Shown: positions 23,491-35,850, numbered from the stretch's first letter. The stretch: DNA of 39,724 nt from Octopus bimaculoides (GCF_001194135.2 NC_068982.1:98171698-98211421); one strand, 5' to 3'. Notes: generated by a model not told the origin, from the letters alone. Numbers and translations: made by a program.

Positions 23491-23890
23491 ATAGGCGCAG
23501 GCATAGCTGTGCGGTTAAAAAGCTCGCTTTGCAACCATGTGGGTTTTAGGTTCCGTCCCACAGCGCGGTACCTTGAACAAGTGTATTTTACTATAGCCCC
23601 GGCCCGACTAATGCCTTGTGTGTTACTTTAGTTGATGGAAATTGCGTGGAGGCCTAACGTACACACATACACATATGTCTGTATGTGTGCCTTTATGTTT
23701 GTCCCCTCGCTACTGCTTGACAAACGGTGTCGGTTTACGTCTATGTAACTTAGAGGTTCGGTGAAAGAAAACGATAGAATAAGAACCAGACTTAAACAAA
23801 AGTACTGGGATTGATTTGTTCGACCAAACGCCAAGGCGGTGCCCCAACATGGCCAGGGTCTACTGACTGAAACAAGTGAAAGATAAAAGG
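23491..23890 (+). mobile_element. SINE family A-related, older full-length copy
   Basis: Head ataggcgcaggcatagctgtgcggt...ggttccgtcc, CORE-like accttgaacaagtg, tail gcggtgccccaacatggcc...actgaaacaagtgaaagataaaagg. Confidence 0.8.
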
Positions 23891-23898
23891 TAAACATA

Positions 23899-24592
23899 CA
23901 AGCGTGGCTGTGTGGAAAGAAGGTTAATTCCCAACCACATGGTTCGAGGTTCAGTCCCACTGTGTGGCACCTTGGGCAAGTGTCTTCTACTATAGCCTCG
24001 GGCCGACCAAAGCCTTGCAAGTGGATTTGGTAGACGAAAACTGAAAGAAGCCCGTCGTATATATATATATCTATATCTCTCTCTCTCTATATATATATAT
24101 NNNNNNNNNNNNNNNNNNNNNNNNNNNNNNNNNNNNNNNNNNNNNNNNNNNNNNNNNNNNNNNNNNNNNNNNNNNNNNNNNNNNNNNNNNNNNNNNNNNN
24201 NNNNNNNNNNNNNNNNNNNNNNNNNNNNNNNNNNNNNNNNNNNNNNNNNNNNNNNNNNNNNNNNNNNNNNNNNNNNNNNNNNNNNNNNNNNNNNNNNNNN
24301 NNNNNNNNNNNNNNNNNNNNNNNNNNNNNNNTATATATATGGATATATTTATGTGTATGTGTGTGTGTGTGTGTGTGTGTATCTGTGTTTGTGCTCCCGC
24401 CATCGTTTGACAACCGATGCTGGTGTGTTTATGTGCCCGTAGCTTAGCGATTCAGCAAAAGAGACTGATAGAATACGTACTAGGCTTACAAAGAATAAAT
24501 CCTGGGATCGATTTCTTCGACTAAAACCCTTTAAGGCGCTGATCTAGCATGGCCGCAGTAAAATGACTGAAACAAGTAAAAGATAAACGATA
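23899..24592 (+). mobile_element. SINE family A, full length, with an N gap in the internal microsatellite
   Basis: Head tggctgtgtgg...ggttcagtcc and tail agcatggccgcagtaaaatgactgaaacaagtaaaagataaa. Confidence 0.9.
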
Positions 24593-24649
24593 CAGTTCTT
24601 TACATCTTTTAGCCTGTAAATGATTGAAACGATAGAAAATATTTAATTC

Positions 24650-25134
24650 GGCGAACTTTCGGTACTAGTACGCAACAACTTCCGGTCGTTGCGCGCACGC
24701 ATACCGATTACATGATCGTATAGTGTGTTTATGTGTTTAAAGTTTCAGTTCGGATGACACCTTACTCACTCGCACCTTGGCCACACGTTTGCCGCAATAC
24801 GAAGGCAAGAGCACCTATTTCTCTGTCCTTATTGCCTCTGTGGAGTGCTTTATTGCGTCCTCCTCCGTTGTGAAGCGCACTTCCATAGTGGCGTATCTCC
24901 TCCCTATACTGATTACATGATCGTATAGTGTTTTTATGTGTTTAAAGTTTGAGAGCTGTATGCGTCTGAGGGGGAAAAGGTTTGAGTTTAGTGGGCCATT
25001 CATTTTTTTTCTATATAATGTTGTCTTTTCATATTTTCAAGTCATTTAAAAACAAACGCACCATACGATAATGTAATCAGTATGCGTGCGCACAACGACC
25101 GGAAGTTGTTGCGTACTAGTATCGAAAGATCGCC
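24650..25134. mobile_element. MITE-like element with about 90-bp TIRs and a captured coding-like fragment
   Basis: 24650-24717 (ggcgaactttcggtactagtacgcaacaacttccggtcgttgcgcgcacgcataccgattacatgatc) is the near-perfect reverse complement of 25067-25134. Similarity extends inward to about 24742 and 25045. Confidence 0.85.
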
Positions 25135-25879
25135 TCTAATTCTTATTTCTCTACTGAATAAATGAAGCATAACATTTCTGTTTGTATTTTCCAATTTTCC
25201 GTTTTTATAATGTAATTCCATTATTTTATCAAGGAACTTAGCTACATCCCGAGATTTATAAGCGTGCCACGGTGCACTAGTGAGTTGCGAGCTGCCGCCT
25301 AAGAACTCTTCGTTCTAAAACTCTGAGTTCAAATCTCATTGATATCAATGTTCTCTATAACTCTTCGAGCGTAGATAAAACATAATAATGATCAACAATA
25401 TACTGATATTGATTACTTCGATTATAGCAGTTCCAGCCACTCCCTCTGTTGCAAAAATTGATTTTGTCTCTAAGAAAATAATAATTATTGGATGACGACT
25501 AAGAATTCTTCATAATGATACATTCTGTTGCTCAATCCTCACAGCTGCATGATTCAAAGCTCTATGGTTTCTCGATATCAAAGGTTCGCCATAAAACAGC
25601 CACCGTGTTTGCAATATTAAAACTCATCCCAGGTGGTTTGTTGCTTATAATAATATTTTGCCAAGAGCAGTTTCGTCAGTAATAAAAACCGATGTTGCTT
25701 TCCACTTGAGATTAAATCACAAATGTTGTTTTACACTGAAATATTCCTATCACACCAACTCCACTAATGTGATCCAATGGGAAGTATAAAAATACATCTG
25801 GCGATTTTCTCAAAGACTTGGCCTAACGACTAATAGTAGTCTACAAACTTATTTTCCGTTGCTGCTGATTTTGACTTTC

Positions 25880-25923
<44 letters not shown>

Positions 25924-25972
25924 ATCATACACACACAATGACAAACTCATACACACACTGACAGACACACAA

Positions 25973-26190
25973 GCTGGGGTTCTAAAAAGTCCCTGGCTTT
26001 GAGAAAAAGGAAATGCAGGAAGATTAGTTAATTAGGATTTTATTCAACACGTTCCCCACTCAGATTCACACACATATTGCAGCGATCCTTCAGTTTTTCT
26101 AAGCCCTGTAAAAGAACTCGGAAGGTTGAGCCTCCCTCAAGGTCTTTCGCGATTCCCCAAATGGCAGGAAATTTTCAGCATCATCGCATA
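25973..26190 (-). mobile_element. Mariner-derived MITE
   Basis: Reverse complement is homologous to 10501-10654 (ccttccgagttcttttaca...gaaaaactgaag...gtgtgtgaatctgag...gttgaataaaatc) and has TIR-like ends. Confidence 0.7.
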
Positions 26191-26210
26191 TATACTCGTA
26201 TATATATTTT

Positions 26211-26694
<484 letters not shown>

Positions 26695-26749
26695 AATATT
26701 CTCCCACTTACTTGAGTCCCACCATAATCTGTCTGCTTGGCCAGAGGTA

Positions 26750-26950
26750 ATACTGACGCATTCTGCATTTCCCTCAACAATTCCAGCTTCCTCTTCTTTC
26801 GTTCATCTTATTCGGTAGGCTCCTGACCTCTCGCACACGCATTTCTCCTGCCCTTTTCTTCTCAATTCCCACATTGCCCTCCTGCATCCTTATATTTCGT
26901 CATTTTTACTTGCCCATAACCGAAGAGACAAGCCTCTCCTCACACCATCT
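26750..26950 (-). mobile_element. Possible RTE LINE 3' relic
   Basis: Minus-strand RRGLSLRLW/RLVSSVM and GRRNACARG remnants loosely resemble the 'RRLRWFGHV...GRGRP' region; heavily decayed. Confidence 0.3.
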
Positions 26951-27324
26951 CTCTCTCTGTCTTCCACTTTCAAAGAAACTGCTACAACTCGAAACAGTTA
27001 AATTCTTCACTGAGCTACAATAATTGAACCGACCGAACTCATAGTAACACTCCTATGAAGTAATTCTTATAAACGTAGGCCAACATATGTGTGCGTGTGT
27101 GTGTATGTGTGTGCGAGTGTGTGTGCGTATGTGAGTGTTTACATATGTGTGTGTATGTATGTACGTGTATGTGTGTGTGTGAATATATATATGTGTGTGT
27201 GTATATATATATATAAACACGCACACACAGCCACACACACAAACGCGCGCGAACATACACTCGCACACATATGTAAGTGCGTAGTATGCACATATTCATG
27301 CATATGTATGTATGCATGTGTGTA

Positions 27325-27377
27325 TTTCTTTTACTTGTTTCAGTTATTTGACTGCGGCCATGCTGGAGCACCGCTTT
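27325..27377 (-). mobile_element. SINE family A or partner-LINE tail only (5'-truncated)
   Basis: tttcttttacttgtttcagttatttgactgcggccatgctggagcaccgcttta. Confidence 0.8.
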
Positions 27378-27585
27378 ATATAAAATTGATATATATATAT
27401 TTATGTACATATGTATGCATGAACGTATATATGTATCTATATATACATATATATATACATACACGTGCATATATATGTATACATATATATATATGGGAGA
27501 ATATACGAAAAAACAACAACAGACGAGGACAGGTGGTGTAAATAACAAAAGGATGTATTAGTATGACGCTCGGGAATACGGAAAG

Positions 27586-27622
27586 TCTTTGACGTTTCGA
27601 GCTACGCTCTTCAACAGAAAGA
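27586..27622 (-). ncRNA. Minimal type I hammerhead ribozyme-like motif in a probable Penelope pLTR fragment (about 27505-27690)
   Basis: Minus strand reads TCTTT-CTGTTGA-A-GAGC-GTA-GCTC-GAAAC-GTC-AAAGA. This gives a 5-bp stem I, a 4-bp stem II, a palindromic ACGT stem III and a GUC cleavage triplet. The core is CUGUUGA instead of CUGANGA. Confidence 0.7.
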
Positions 27623-28609
27623 ATACGGAGACAAGGAGAAAAACACGGAGAAAAAAAAAATTGAATAGTGTCCAGTCAACGGTCAATCATACATATATAT
27701 ATATATATATATATANNNNNNNNNNNNNNNNNNNNNNNNNNNNNNNNNNNNNNNNNNNNNNNNNNNNNNNNNNNNNNNNNNNNNNNNNNNNNNNNNNNNN
27801 NNNNNNNNNNNNNNNNNNNNNNNNNNNNNNNNNNNNNNNNNNNNNNNNNNNNNNNNNNNNNNNNNNNNNNNNNNNNNNNNNNNNNNNNNNNNNNNNNNNN
27901 NNNNNNNNNNNNNNNNNNNNNNNNNNNNNNNNNNNNNNNNNNNNNNNNNNNNNNNNNNNNNNNNNNNNNNNNNNNNNNNNNNNNNNNNNNNNNNNNNNNN
28001 NNNNNNNNNNNNNNNNNNNNNNNNNNNNNNNNNNNNNNNNNNNNNNNNNNNNNNNNNNNNNNNNNNNNNNNNNNNNNNNNNNNNNNNNNNNNNNNNNNNN
28101 NNNNNNNNNNNNNNNNNNNNNNNNNNNNNNNNNNNNNNNNNNNNNNNNNNNNNNNNNNNNNNNNNNNNNNNNNNNNNNNNNNNNNNNNNNNNNNNNNNNN
28201 NNNNNNNNNNNNNNNNNNNNNNNNNNNNNNNNNNNNNNNNNNNNNNNNNNNNNNNNNNNNNNNNNNNNNNNNNNNNNNNNNNNNNNNNNNNNNNNNNNNN
28301 NNNNNNNNNNNNNNNNNNNNNNNNNNNNNNNNNNNNNNNNNNNNNNNNNNNNNNNNNNNNNNNNNNNNNNNNNNNNNNNNNNNNNNNNNNNNCGCACGAG
28401 ACATGGTTCATCATCACGTGGACAGCACCATTAAAAAAAAATCTTAATCTTTTTTATTTAGCGTGCCATTCAGAAAATCGTGCGGGCCGCAGTTGGCTCA
28501 TGACTAATATATATGATAATGCAGTTCTCCAGTCCCTTAAAAAGGGGTAGGATAGTCAAAGCTGGGATACCTTTGTTTAAATGTCGGTTCGATCATGGCT
28601 GACCTTGGC

Positions 28610-28640
<31 letters not shown>

Positions 28641-28832
28641 TAACAAAAACAAGAGCAGCGATAACAGTAACAGCAGCAGCAGCAGCAGCAGCAACAACAA
28701 CAAACAACAACAAACAACAACATTAAAGGCAACATCATCAGCAACAATGAAATCCTCAACAAAAACAAGAACCACGAAAATAACGCCATAAGCAACAATC
28801 TACCACGACAGCGACAACAACAACAACAACGC
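28610..28832. repeat. (CAA)n/(CAG)n low-complexity tract
   Basis: Direct reading. Confidence 0.9.
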
Positions 28833-29147
28833 ACTAGGAATCTCAGTTCTGACATGAGAAGAACATTCGCTAGCATGGAAGCAGACAAGAAATTTCCACA
28901 TTATACAAGGCATAATACAAATGTAATTGTATTTTATTAGTTATTTCTAATCTCACCAAAAATGAAACCCACGAGGTATGATTTCATAGATTTATGACAT
29001 CCATTTGCTCCATAAAGCGCCGCTGTCACGCGAAATGCCTGCAATTCTGCTATCAAAGAGTTTAAGTTGCGTTCACTGACTTTATTTAATCGAAGAACAT
29101 TACTCAGGGAGTGATGGCATTGATGCTGTTTTGGAAGAACTGCCCCC

Positions 29148-29205
<58 letters not shown>

Positions 29206-29304
29206 GTATATATGTATGTAATGTGTGTGTGTATGAATTTGGGATACAAGATTTCTAATGTAAAGTCGTTTGTTGAAACAGATATTGTTGTATTTCGAGA
29301 GTCT

Positions 29305-29728
29305 TCTTTTCTTTTTTATTCTTTTATTTGCTTCAGTCATTTGACTGCGGCCATGCTGGAGCACCGCCTTTAGTCGAACAAATCGACCTCAGGACTTATT
29401 CTTTGTAAACCGAGTAGTTATTCAATCGGTCTCTTTTTGCCGAAAAGCTAAGTTACGGGAACGTAAGCACACCGACATCGGTTGTCAAGCGATGGTGGGG
29501 AGACAAACACAGATACACAAACACACACACACACACGCACACACACACACACACACGCACACACACACACACACATACGACGGTCTTCTTTCAGTCTCCG
29601 TCTGCTAAATTCATTCACAAGCTTTGGTCGGTCCGAGGCTAGAGTAGAAGACACTTGCCCAAGGTGTCACGCACTGTTACTAAACTCGGAACCATATGGA
29701 TGGTAAGCAAGCTACTTACCGCACAGCC
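29305..29728 (-). mobile_element. SINE family A, head clipped at the A-box by the adjacent palindrome
   Basis: Collinear with 7626-8030 up to cacagcc, where the palindrome arm begins. Confidence 0.9.
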
Positions 29729-30039
29729 AAATAAACACACGCACTATATATTCGTTCTTCACTCGTTTATTACTGTGTTTATTCTAACTTATGTCTATTG
29801 TCCAGAAATCTTTCGCCACACATCTGTGACATCCTCAACGACACTTTCCGTCTTCGTGTGTGCTCTTGTTCTGCTTATTCGATAGAAGAGCAGAATGGAA
29901 TAAACAGAGCAAGAGCACAAACGAAGACAGAAAATGTCACAGATGTGTGACGAAAGATTACCGGACAATGGACATGAGTTAGAATAAGCACAGTAATAAA
30001 CGAGTGAAGAACGAATATATAGTGCGTGTGTTTATTTGG
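29727..30039. repeat. Long foldback palindrome (arms about 154 and 142 bp, 17-nt spacer)
   Basis: 29727-29880 is the reverse complement of 29898-30039 apart from about 10 substitutions and a 12-bp indel. The ORF track shows near-identical peptides on opposite strands (NKHTHYIFVLHSFITV...). Confidence 0.95.
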
Positions 30040-30321
30040 GAAAAAAATGACCATCTCAAAATACAACAGTATATATATATATAATCTTGATCACAACGGC
30101 CCGATGAACGGGAACGTGAAACTCTCAGTAGCAGTTTTTTGTGATAATTTTGTGATGTTTTTGCAGCTTTAATAATAAAGTATANNNNNNNNNNNNNNNN
30201 NNNNNNNNNNNNNNNNNNNNNNNNNNNNNNNNNNNNNNNNNNNNNNNNNNNNNNNNNNNNNNNNNNNNNNNNNNNNNNNNNNNNNNNNNNNNATATATAT
30301 ATTTATATATATATATACACA

Positions 30322-31064
30322 CATGCATATATGGGTACATGACATCACCAACAGTAAACAACATAAGATACGAAAACAAATACGCAAACAACGACCCTTC
30401 ATCAGTTTTGGGATGTCTATCTACTCCACATTTCGAGCATTGAACGGCAATATGAGTCTTCGAAGACAGTTGATCCCATAAGTACCAAAATAAAATTTGG
30501 GATTTATGGAGGGTCAAAGTTGGGAACAAAAACAGGACAGTGGAGACATACAAGGAAAACGAACGAAAACAAACATGGAGGATCGTTAGACCAGAATGAG
30601 GTTAAAATAGCGAACGCTGGAGAAATATTTTCTTTGAAAAGAGGAAGATAGAAGAGAGAAATAGAATACGTCCAGTCCTTAGGACAATCCTGAAGGAAAA
30701 GGAAGATGATCACGTGAAGAAAAGAAAGATGGACGATGGTCACTTGTGAGCAACGAGAGAAAGAGGGGAGAGAGAGAGAGACGGACAGAGAAGAGTGAAT
30801 GGGAGAAAAAGGTAACATATGTTATACATATATAATAATATAATATATATATGCATATACACACACACACACACCCATAAACACACACACACACACACAC
30901 GCATGCATATATGGGTACAAGACGTCACTAACAGTAAACATGAAATACGAAAAGAAATGGGCCCAATACGCATACAACGAGAGAAACAAAGTAACAATGA
31001 ACTCATTTGTTTTCGTATTTCATGTTATTTACAGTTGGTGACGTCATGTACTCATATATGCATG
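30322..31064. repeat. Three copies of a ~60-bp unit: direct (30322-30381), direct (30902-30959), inverted (31004-31064)
   Basis: Unit catgcatatatgggtacatgac(a/g)tcaccaacagtaaa..cat(a/g)a(g/a)atacgaaaacaaat. The last two copies form a hairpin with a 44-nt spacer, extended by flanking (CA)n/(TG)n. Confidence 0.88.
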
Positions 31065-31109
31065 TGTGCGTTTGTGTGTGTGTATATATACATATATACA
31101 TATATATAT

Positions 31110-31166
<57 letters not shown>

Positions 31167-32160
31167 NNNNNNNNNNNNNNNNNNNNNNNNNNNNNNNNNN
31201 NNNNNNNNNNNNNNNNNNNNNNNNNNNNNNNNNNNNNNNNNNNNNNNNNNNNNNNNNNNNNNNNNNNNNNNNNNNNNNNNNNNNNNNNNNNNNNNNNNNN
31301 NNNNNNNNNNNNNNNNNNNNNNNNNNNNNNNNNNNNNNNNNNNNNNNNNNNNNNNNNNNNNNNNNNNNNNNNNNNNNNNNNNNNNNNNNNNNNNNNNNNN
31401 NNNNNNNNNNNNNNNNNNNNNNNNNNNNNNNNNNNNNNNNNNNNNNNNNNNNNNNNNNNNNNNNNNNNNNNNNNNNNNNNNNNNNNNNNNNNNNNNNNNN
31501 NNNNNNNNNNNNNNNNNNNNNNNNNNNNNNNNNNNNNNNNNNNNNNNNNNNNNNNNNNNNNNNNNNNNNNNNNNNNNNNNNNNNNNNNNNNNNNNNNNNN
31601 NNNNNNNNNNNNNNNNNNNNNNNNNNNNNNNNNNNNNNNNNNNNNNNNNNNNNNNNNNNNNNNNNNNNNNNNNNNNNNNNNNNNNNNNNNNNNNNNNNNN
31701 NNNNNNNNNNNNNNNNNNNNNNNNNNNNNNNNNNNNNNNNNNNNNNNNNNNNNNNNNNNNNNNNNNNNNNNNNNNNNNNNNNNNNNNNNNNNNNNNNNNN
31801 NNNNNNNNNNNNNNNNNNNNNNNNNNNNNNNNNNNNNNNNNNNNNNNNNNNNNNNNNNNNNNNNNNNNNNNNNNNNNNNNNNNNNNNNNNNNNNNNNNNN
31901 NNNNNNNNNNNNNNNNNNNNNNNNNNNNNNNNNNNNNNNNNNNNNNNNNNNNNNNNNNNNNNNNNNNNNNNNNNNNNNNNNNNNNNNNNNNNNNNNNNNN
32001 NNNNNNNNNNNNNNNNNNNNNNNNNNNNNNNNNNNNNNNNNNNNNNNNNNNNNNNNNNNNNNNNNNNNNNNNNNNNNNNNNNNNNNNNNNNNNNNNNNNN
32101 NNNNNNNNNNNNNNNNNNNNNNNNNNNNNNNNNNNNNNNNNNNNNNNNNNNNNNNNNNNN

Positions 32161-32254
32161 TCCTTTGCCGAACCGCTAAGTTACGGGGACATAAACACAC
32201 CAGCATCGGTTGTCAAGCGATGTTGGGGGGACAAACACAGACACACAAACACAT

Positions 32255-32285
<31 letters not shown>

Positions 32286-32449
32286 CATATATACCACGGG
32301 CTTCTTTCAGTTTCCGTCTACCAAATCCACTCACAAGGCTTTGGTCGGCCCGAGGCTATAGTAGAAGACACTTGCCCAAGATGCCACGCAGTGGGACTGA
32401 ACCCAGGACCATGTGGTTGGTAAGCAAGCTACTTACCACACAGCCACTT
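32161..32449 (-). mobile_element. SINE family A, 3' part lost in an N gap
   Basis: Near-identical head and middle blocks. Confidence 0.9.
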
Positions 32450-32459
32450 CTACGCCTAT

Positions 32460-34030
32460 ATGCAAACTTATTGTAAACTTCATTAGCAGAAATCCATACC
32501 TTGTACCCATTCTTTTTATGCTCTGACTGAACCTTTGAAGTCTTTCAAACTGCCCGAATTTCATTTCATGAGTGTACGTTATATTAGTTTTATCCAACTG
32601 GATAAATTCAACCTTTTTTTGTTAAATCAGAAAATTTAATGTGTTCTAGACAGTGGTGATAGCAACATTTTACAGAAGCACGAGAGCTTCCACAAAGTCT
32701 AATTGAATCGTCTTAATCTTTCGAGCCATTCATATCTTTGTGAACTTTTGTTTCACCTCCATGCATCCCTCTACATGATATGGTGTCGTTTTCCCATGGA
32801 CGATTACCGCTGCATGCTCCATGTTGACGACATCATTTACATTTACTTCATGATATTGCAGTCCTAATGCCCCAGCAATAGCATGAGAAGATTTTTACAG
32901 CATCATGTATATTCTATGAGAAATGATTGGCATACGAGAAGTATGTAAGGAATGTCTGTCTGGCATGCGGTTAAAATTTTAACAAATCTTCCTTAACTTG
33001 AAGTTAACTCCCTTTATTGTTATTGTGCAGAGATGCCCGCTTGTTCCTCAACTGATATACATCTGCTTTAATGTCTCATATAACAATGAAGATTCTTTTT
33101 AGTTTCAGGACATACTCTGCTGTACAAATACATATCTCAGATGCCATTTTCTTTTTGCTGGTGTTCTCGTATGGTTTCAAAAATATTGGGATACCCAGAA
33201 TCCTTCAGCAATATGTGAAGTTTGGAATTTACTTAATTAAAGTGTTTTGTCTGAGATATTATATTATAGGTTGCTGAAAGTTTAATATAACGCAACACTG
33301 CGCTCTCGTAAATAATGTAACAAAATTTACTCAATTTCGTAAGAATTTGCTTGAATATTCCTCGGTTTCCTTATATATTTATTGGTTTTCATACGAGAAA
33401 AGACTTGTTTTCATAGCTTAGAAAACATTATCGATTTTAATTGCTTGATCTGAATGTTTTTATATTCTTAGAGAAGAGTACTTTAATCCAGAAGAATTAG
33501 ATGCTATAAGAGTTGTATAAGAGCGTGCTGATCTACCACATCCTCAACTGACTTGTCAATAATGGTTAGTTCCTTCCTCAACTAACCAGTGATCTTAGCT
33601 TCTTTCTTTGCATCATAAAAGAGCTGTGCATAGATATAACCAATACCCTTTATGGGGTCGTTCTTAATGGTGATAATCATTCCTTCTTGAATTTTAAAGC
33701 AAAAATATTCAAGGTTAGTCTTGTGCATAGAGAAACTAGACACTCAAATGGCTTTGATCCACAAATCACTATTTCTTAAAATGTTCGGCAACTTGAGTGA
33801 GGTGGATTTTTTCTTTTCTTCTACTTTACGGAACAGTGATAATGTTCTCTCTTGTGGTTTAAGTGATGGCTGCATAAAACTTCCTTTTGTCTTTATTCCT
33901 TGTGAGTATTTTCTTGCGTTACTAAAGGATCGTTTCCATGGCCATGTCAAAAAGAATTGTCAAAGTGGTATATTTCCTAACATAATGCCTTTTTTTTTAA
34001 ATATTCCATCGTGAATATCTTGGTGGTGGA
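32460..34030 (-). mobile_element. Degenerate non-LTR retrotransposon relic (HERO/NeSL-like RT to zinc-knuckle region)
   Basis: Ordered minus-strand remnants across frames: KKGIMLG / LTILFDMAMETIL (RT QG-like motif), a frameshifted FMDD-like site, FKIQEGMIITIKNDPIKGIGYIY, IIDKS..QHAL, LLKDSGYP, RKW, QHGA and CLEHI. The clade label is tentative. Confidence 0.55.
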
Positions 34031-34209
34031 GAGCCTGGTTACTAAACGGGTGATTCAAGAGAATTTATTTCACGTGTTCAAAACATGGAAGAAATCCAGT
34101 GCCTTATGCATATGTTAATGAGGATAATTTCGCTTTGGGTTTGTTACATTAAGCAAATGAAACATCTTTCTCTTTTACCACATGTCACACGCGACAGTTA
34201 TGCACGTAT

Positions 34210-34602
34210 TCATGTATGTATGTATGTATGTATGTATGCATGCTGGCATGTATGTATGTATGTATGTATGTATGTATGTATGTATGTATAGATGCAAGTG
34301 TGTGTGTATGTATGTATATATGTTTGTATGAATGTATTATGTATGTAAGTGAATATGTATGGATGCAAGTGTGTATGTATGTATGTTTATATGAATAGAT
34401 TATGCATGTATATATGCATGCATGTGTTAATATATCTGCGTGTGTATATATGTATATATACACACATATATACATAAATATACATGTATATATATATACA
34501 TATATATATGCATATATATACATATATATATGTATATATATGTATATATATACATGTAATATGTATATATACATATATATATGTAAATATATATGTATAT
34601 AT
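34210..34602. repeat. (TATG)n/(TA)n compound microsatellite
   Basis: Direct reading. Confidence 0.95.
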
Positions 34603-35353
34603 ANNNNNNNNNNNNNNNNNNNNNNNNNNNNNNNNNNNNNNNNNNNNNNNNNNNNNNNNNNNNNNNNNNNNNNNNNNNNNNNNNNNNNNNNNNNNNNNNN
34701 NNNNNNNNNNNNNNNNNNNNNNNNNNNNNNNNNNNNNNNNNNNNNNNNNNNNNNNNNNNNNNNNNNNNNNNNNNNNNNNNNNNNNNNNNNNNNNNNNNNN
34801 NNNNNNNNNNNNNNNNNNNNNNNNNNNNNNNNNNNNNNNNNNNNNNNNNNNNNNNNNNNNNNNNNNNNNNNNNNNNNNNNNNNNNNNNNNNNNNNNNNNN
34901 NNNNNNNNNNNNNNNNNNNNNNNNNNNNNNNNNNNNNNNNNNNNNNNNNNNNNNNNNNNNNNNNNNNNNNNNNNNNNNNNNNNNNNNNNNNNNNNNNNNN
35001 NNNNNNNNATTTTCTAATTAACCGGCAAGTACATTATCATGATAGTACTGAACAACCATTGGTTGTTAATCTCATATACAATAACTTAATTTCGTCACAC
35101 ATTGGTGTTGGTTAAGTCAAAGGTAATTTAGTCAATAAAGGGAAAATACAGAACGATAAAATATGTAATAAACTGAAATATGTATGCACTGACGTTATTA
35201 TAATCCATTAACAAATAAATAAATAAATGCATAAAGAAACTTCTGTTGCTCGTATTGCTGTAGTCCAATGTCTGATACTGGTAAACAGAACAAAGTGATG
35301 TGCACGTCGTCAGACATACCATTTTCCCATGACAATGAGTTTACGTAATTACA

Positions 35354-35719
35354 ATGTATGTATGTATGTATGTATGTATGTATGTATGTATGGATGTTTG
35401 GATGGATATATATATATATATATGGATGTGTGTATGTTTGTGTGTGTATGTATGTATGTGTGTATGTATGTATGTATGTATGTATGTATGTATGTATGTA
35501 TGTACGTGTTTATGTATGTCATTATTCACTTTTATTTCAAGATTTCTAGCTATTAGAGAAAGAGCCGGTTTCTAACTTAGATTCAAGTCCTCTTCATTGG
35601 AATTTGAACAACACCAACAAGGAAAATTTTGTTTGTATGTATGCATGTATGCATGTACGTACGTACATATGTATGTATGTATGTATGTATGTATGCATGC
35701 ATGCATGCATGCATGTATG

Positions 35720-35750
<31 letters not shown>

Positions 35751-35850
35751 TTATAATGATATAGAACATGGCGGCTTGTTCATCCTCAAAAGTTATTTCC
35801 TCTTATTTTACTCAACATATTTTTATGGTTGGATGATATATCCCTCCAAA

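Noticed and set aside
28577-28888. Poly-Cys/poly-Leu (or poly-Gln) ORFs
   Set aside because: They come from a (CAA)/(CAG) simple repeat.
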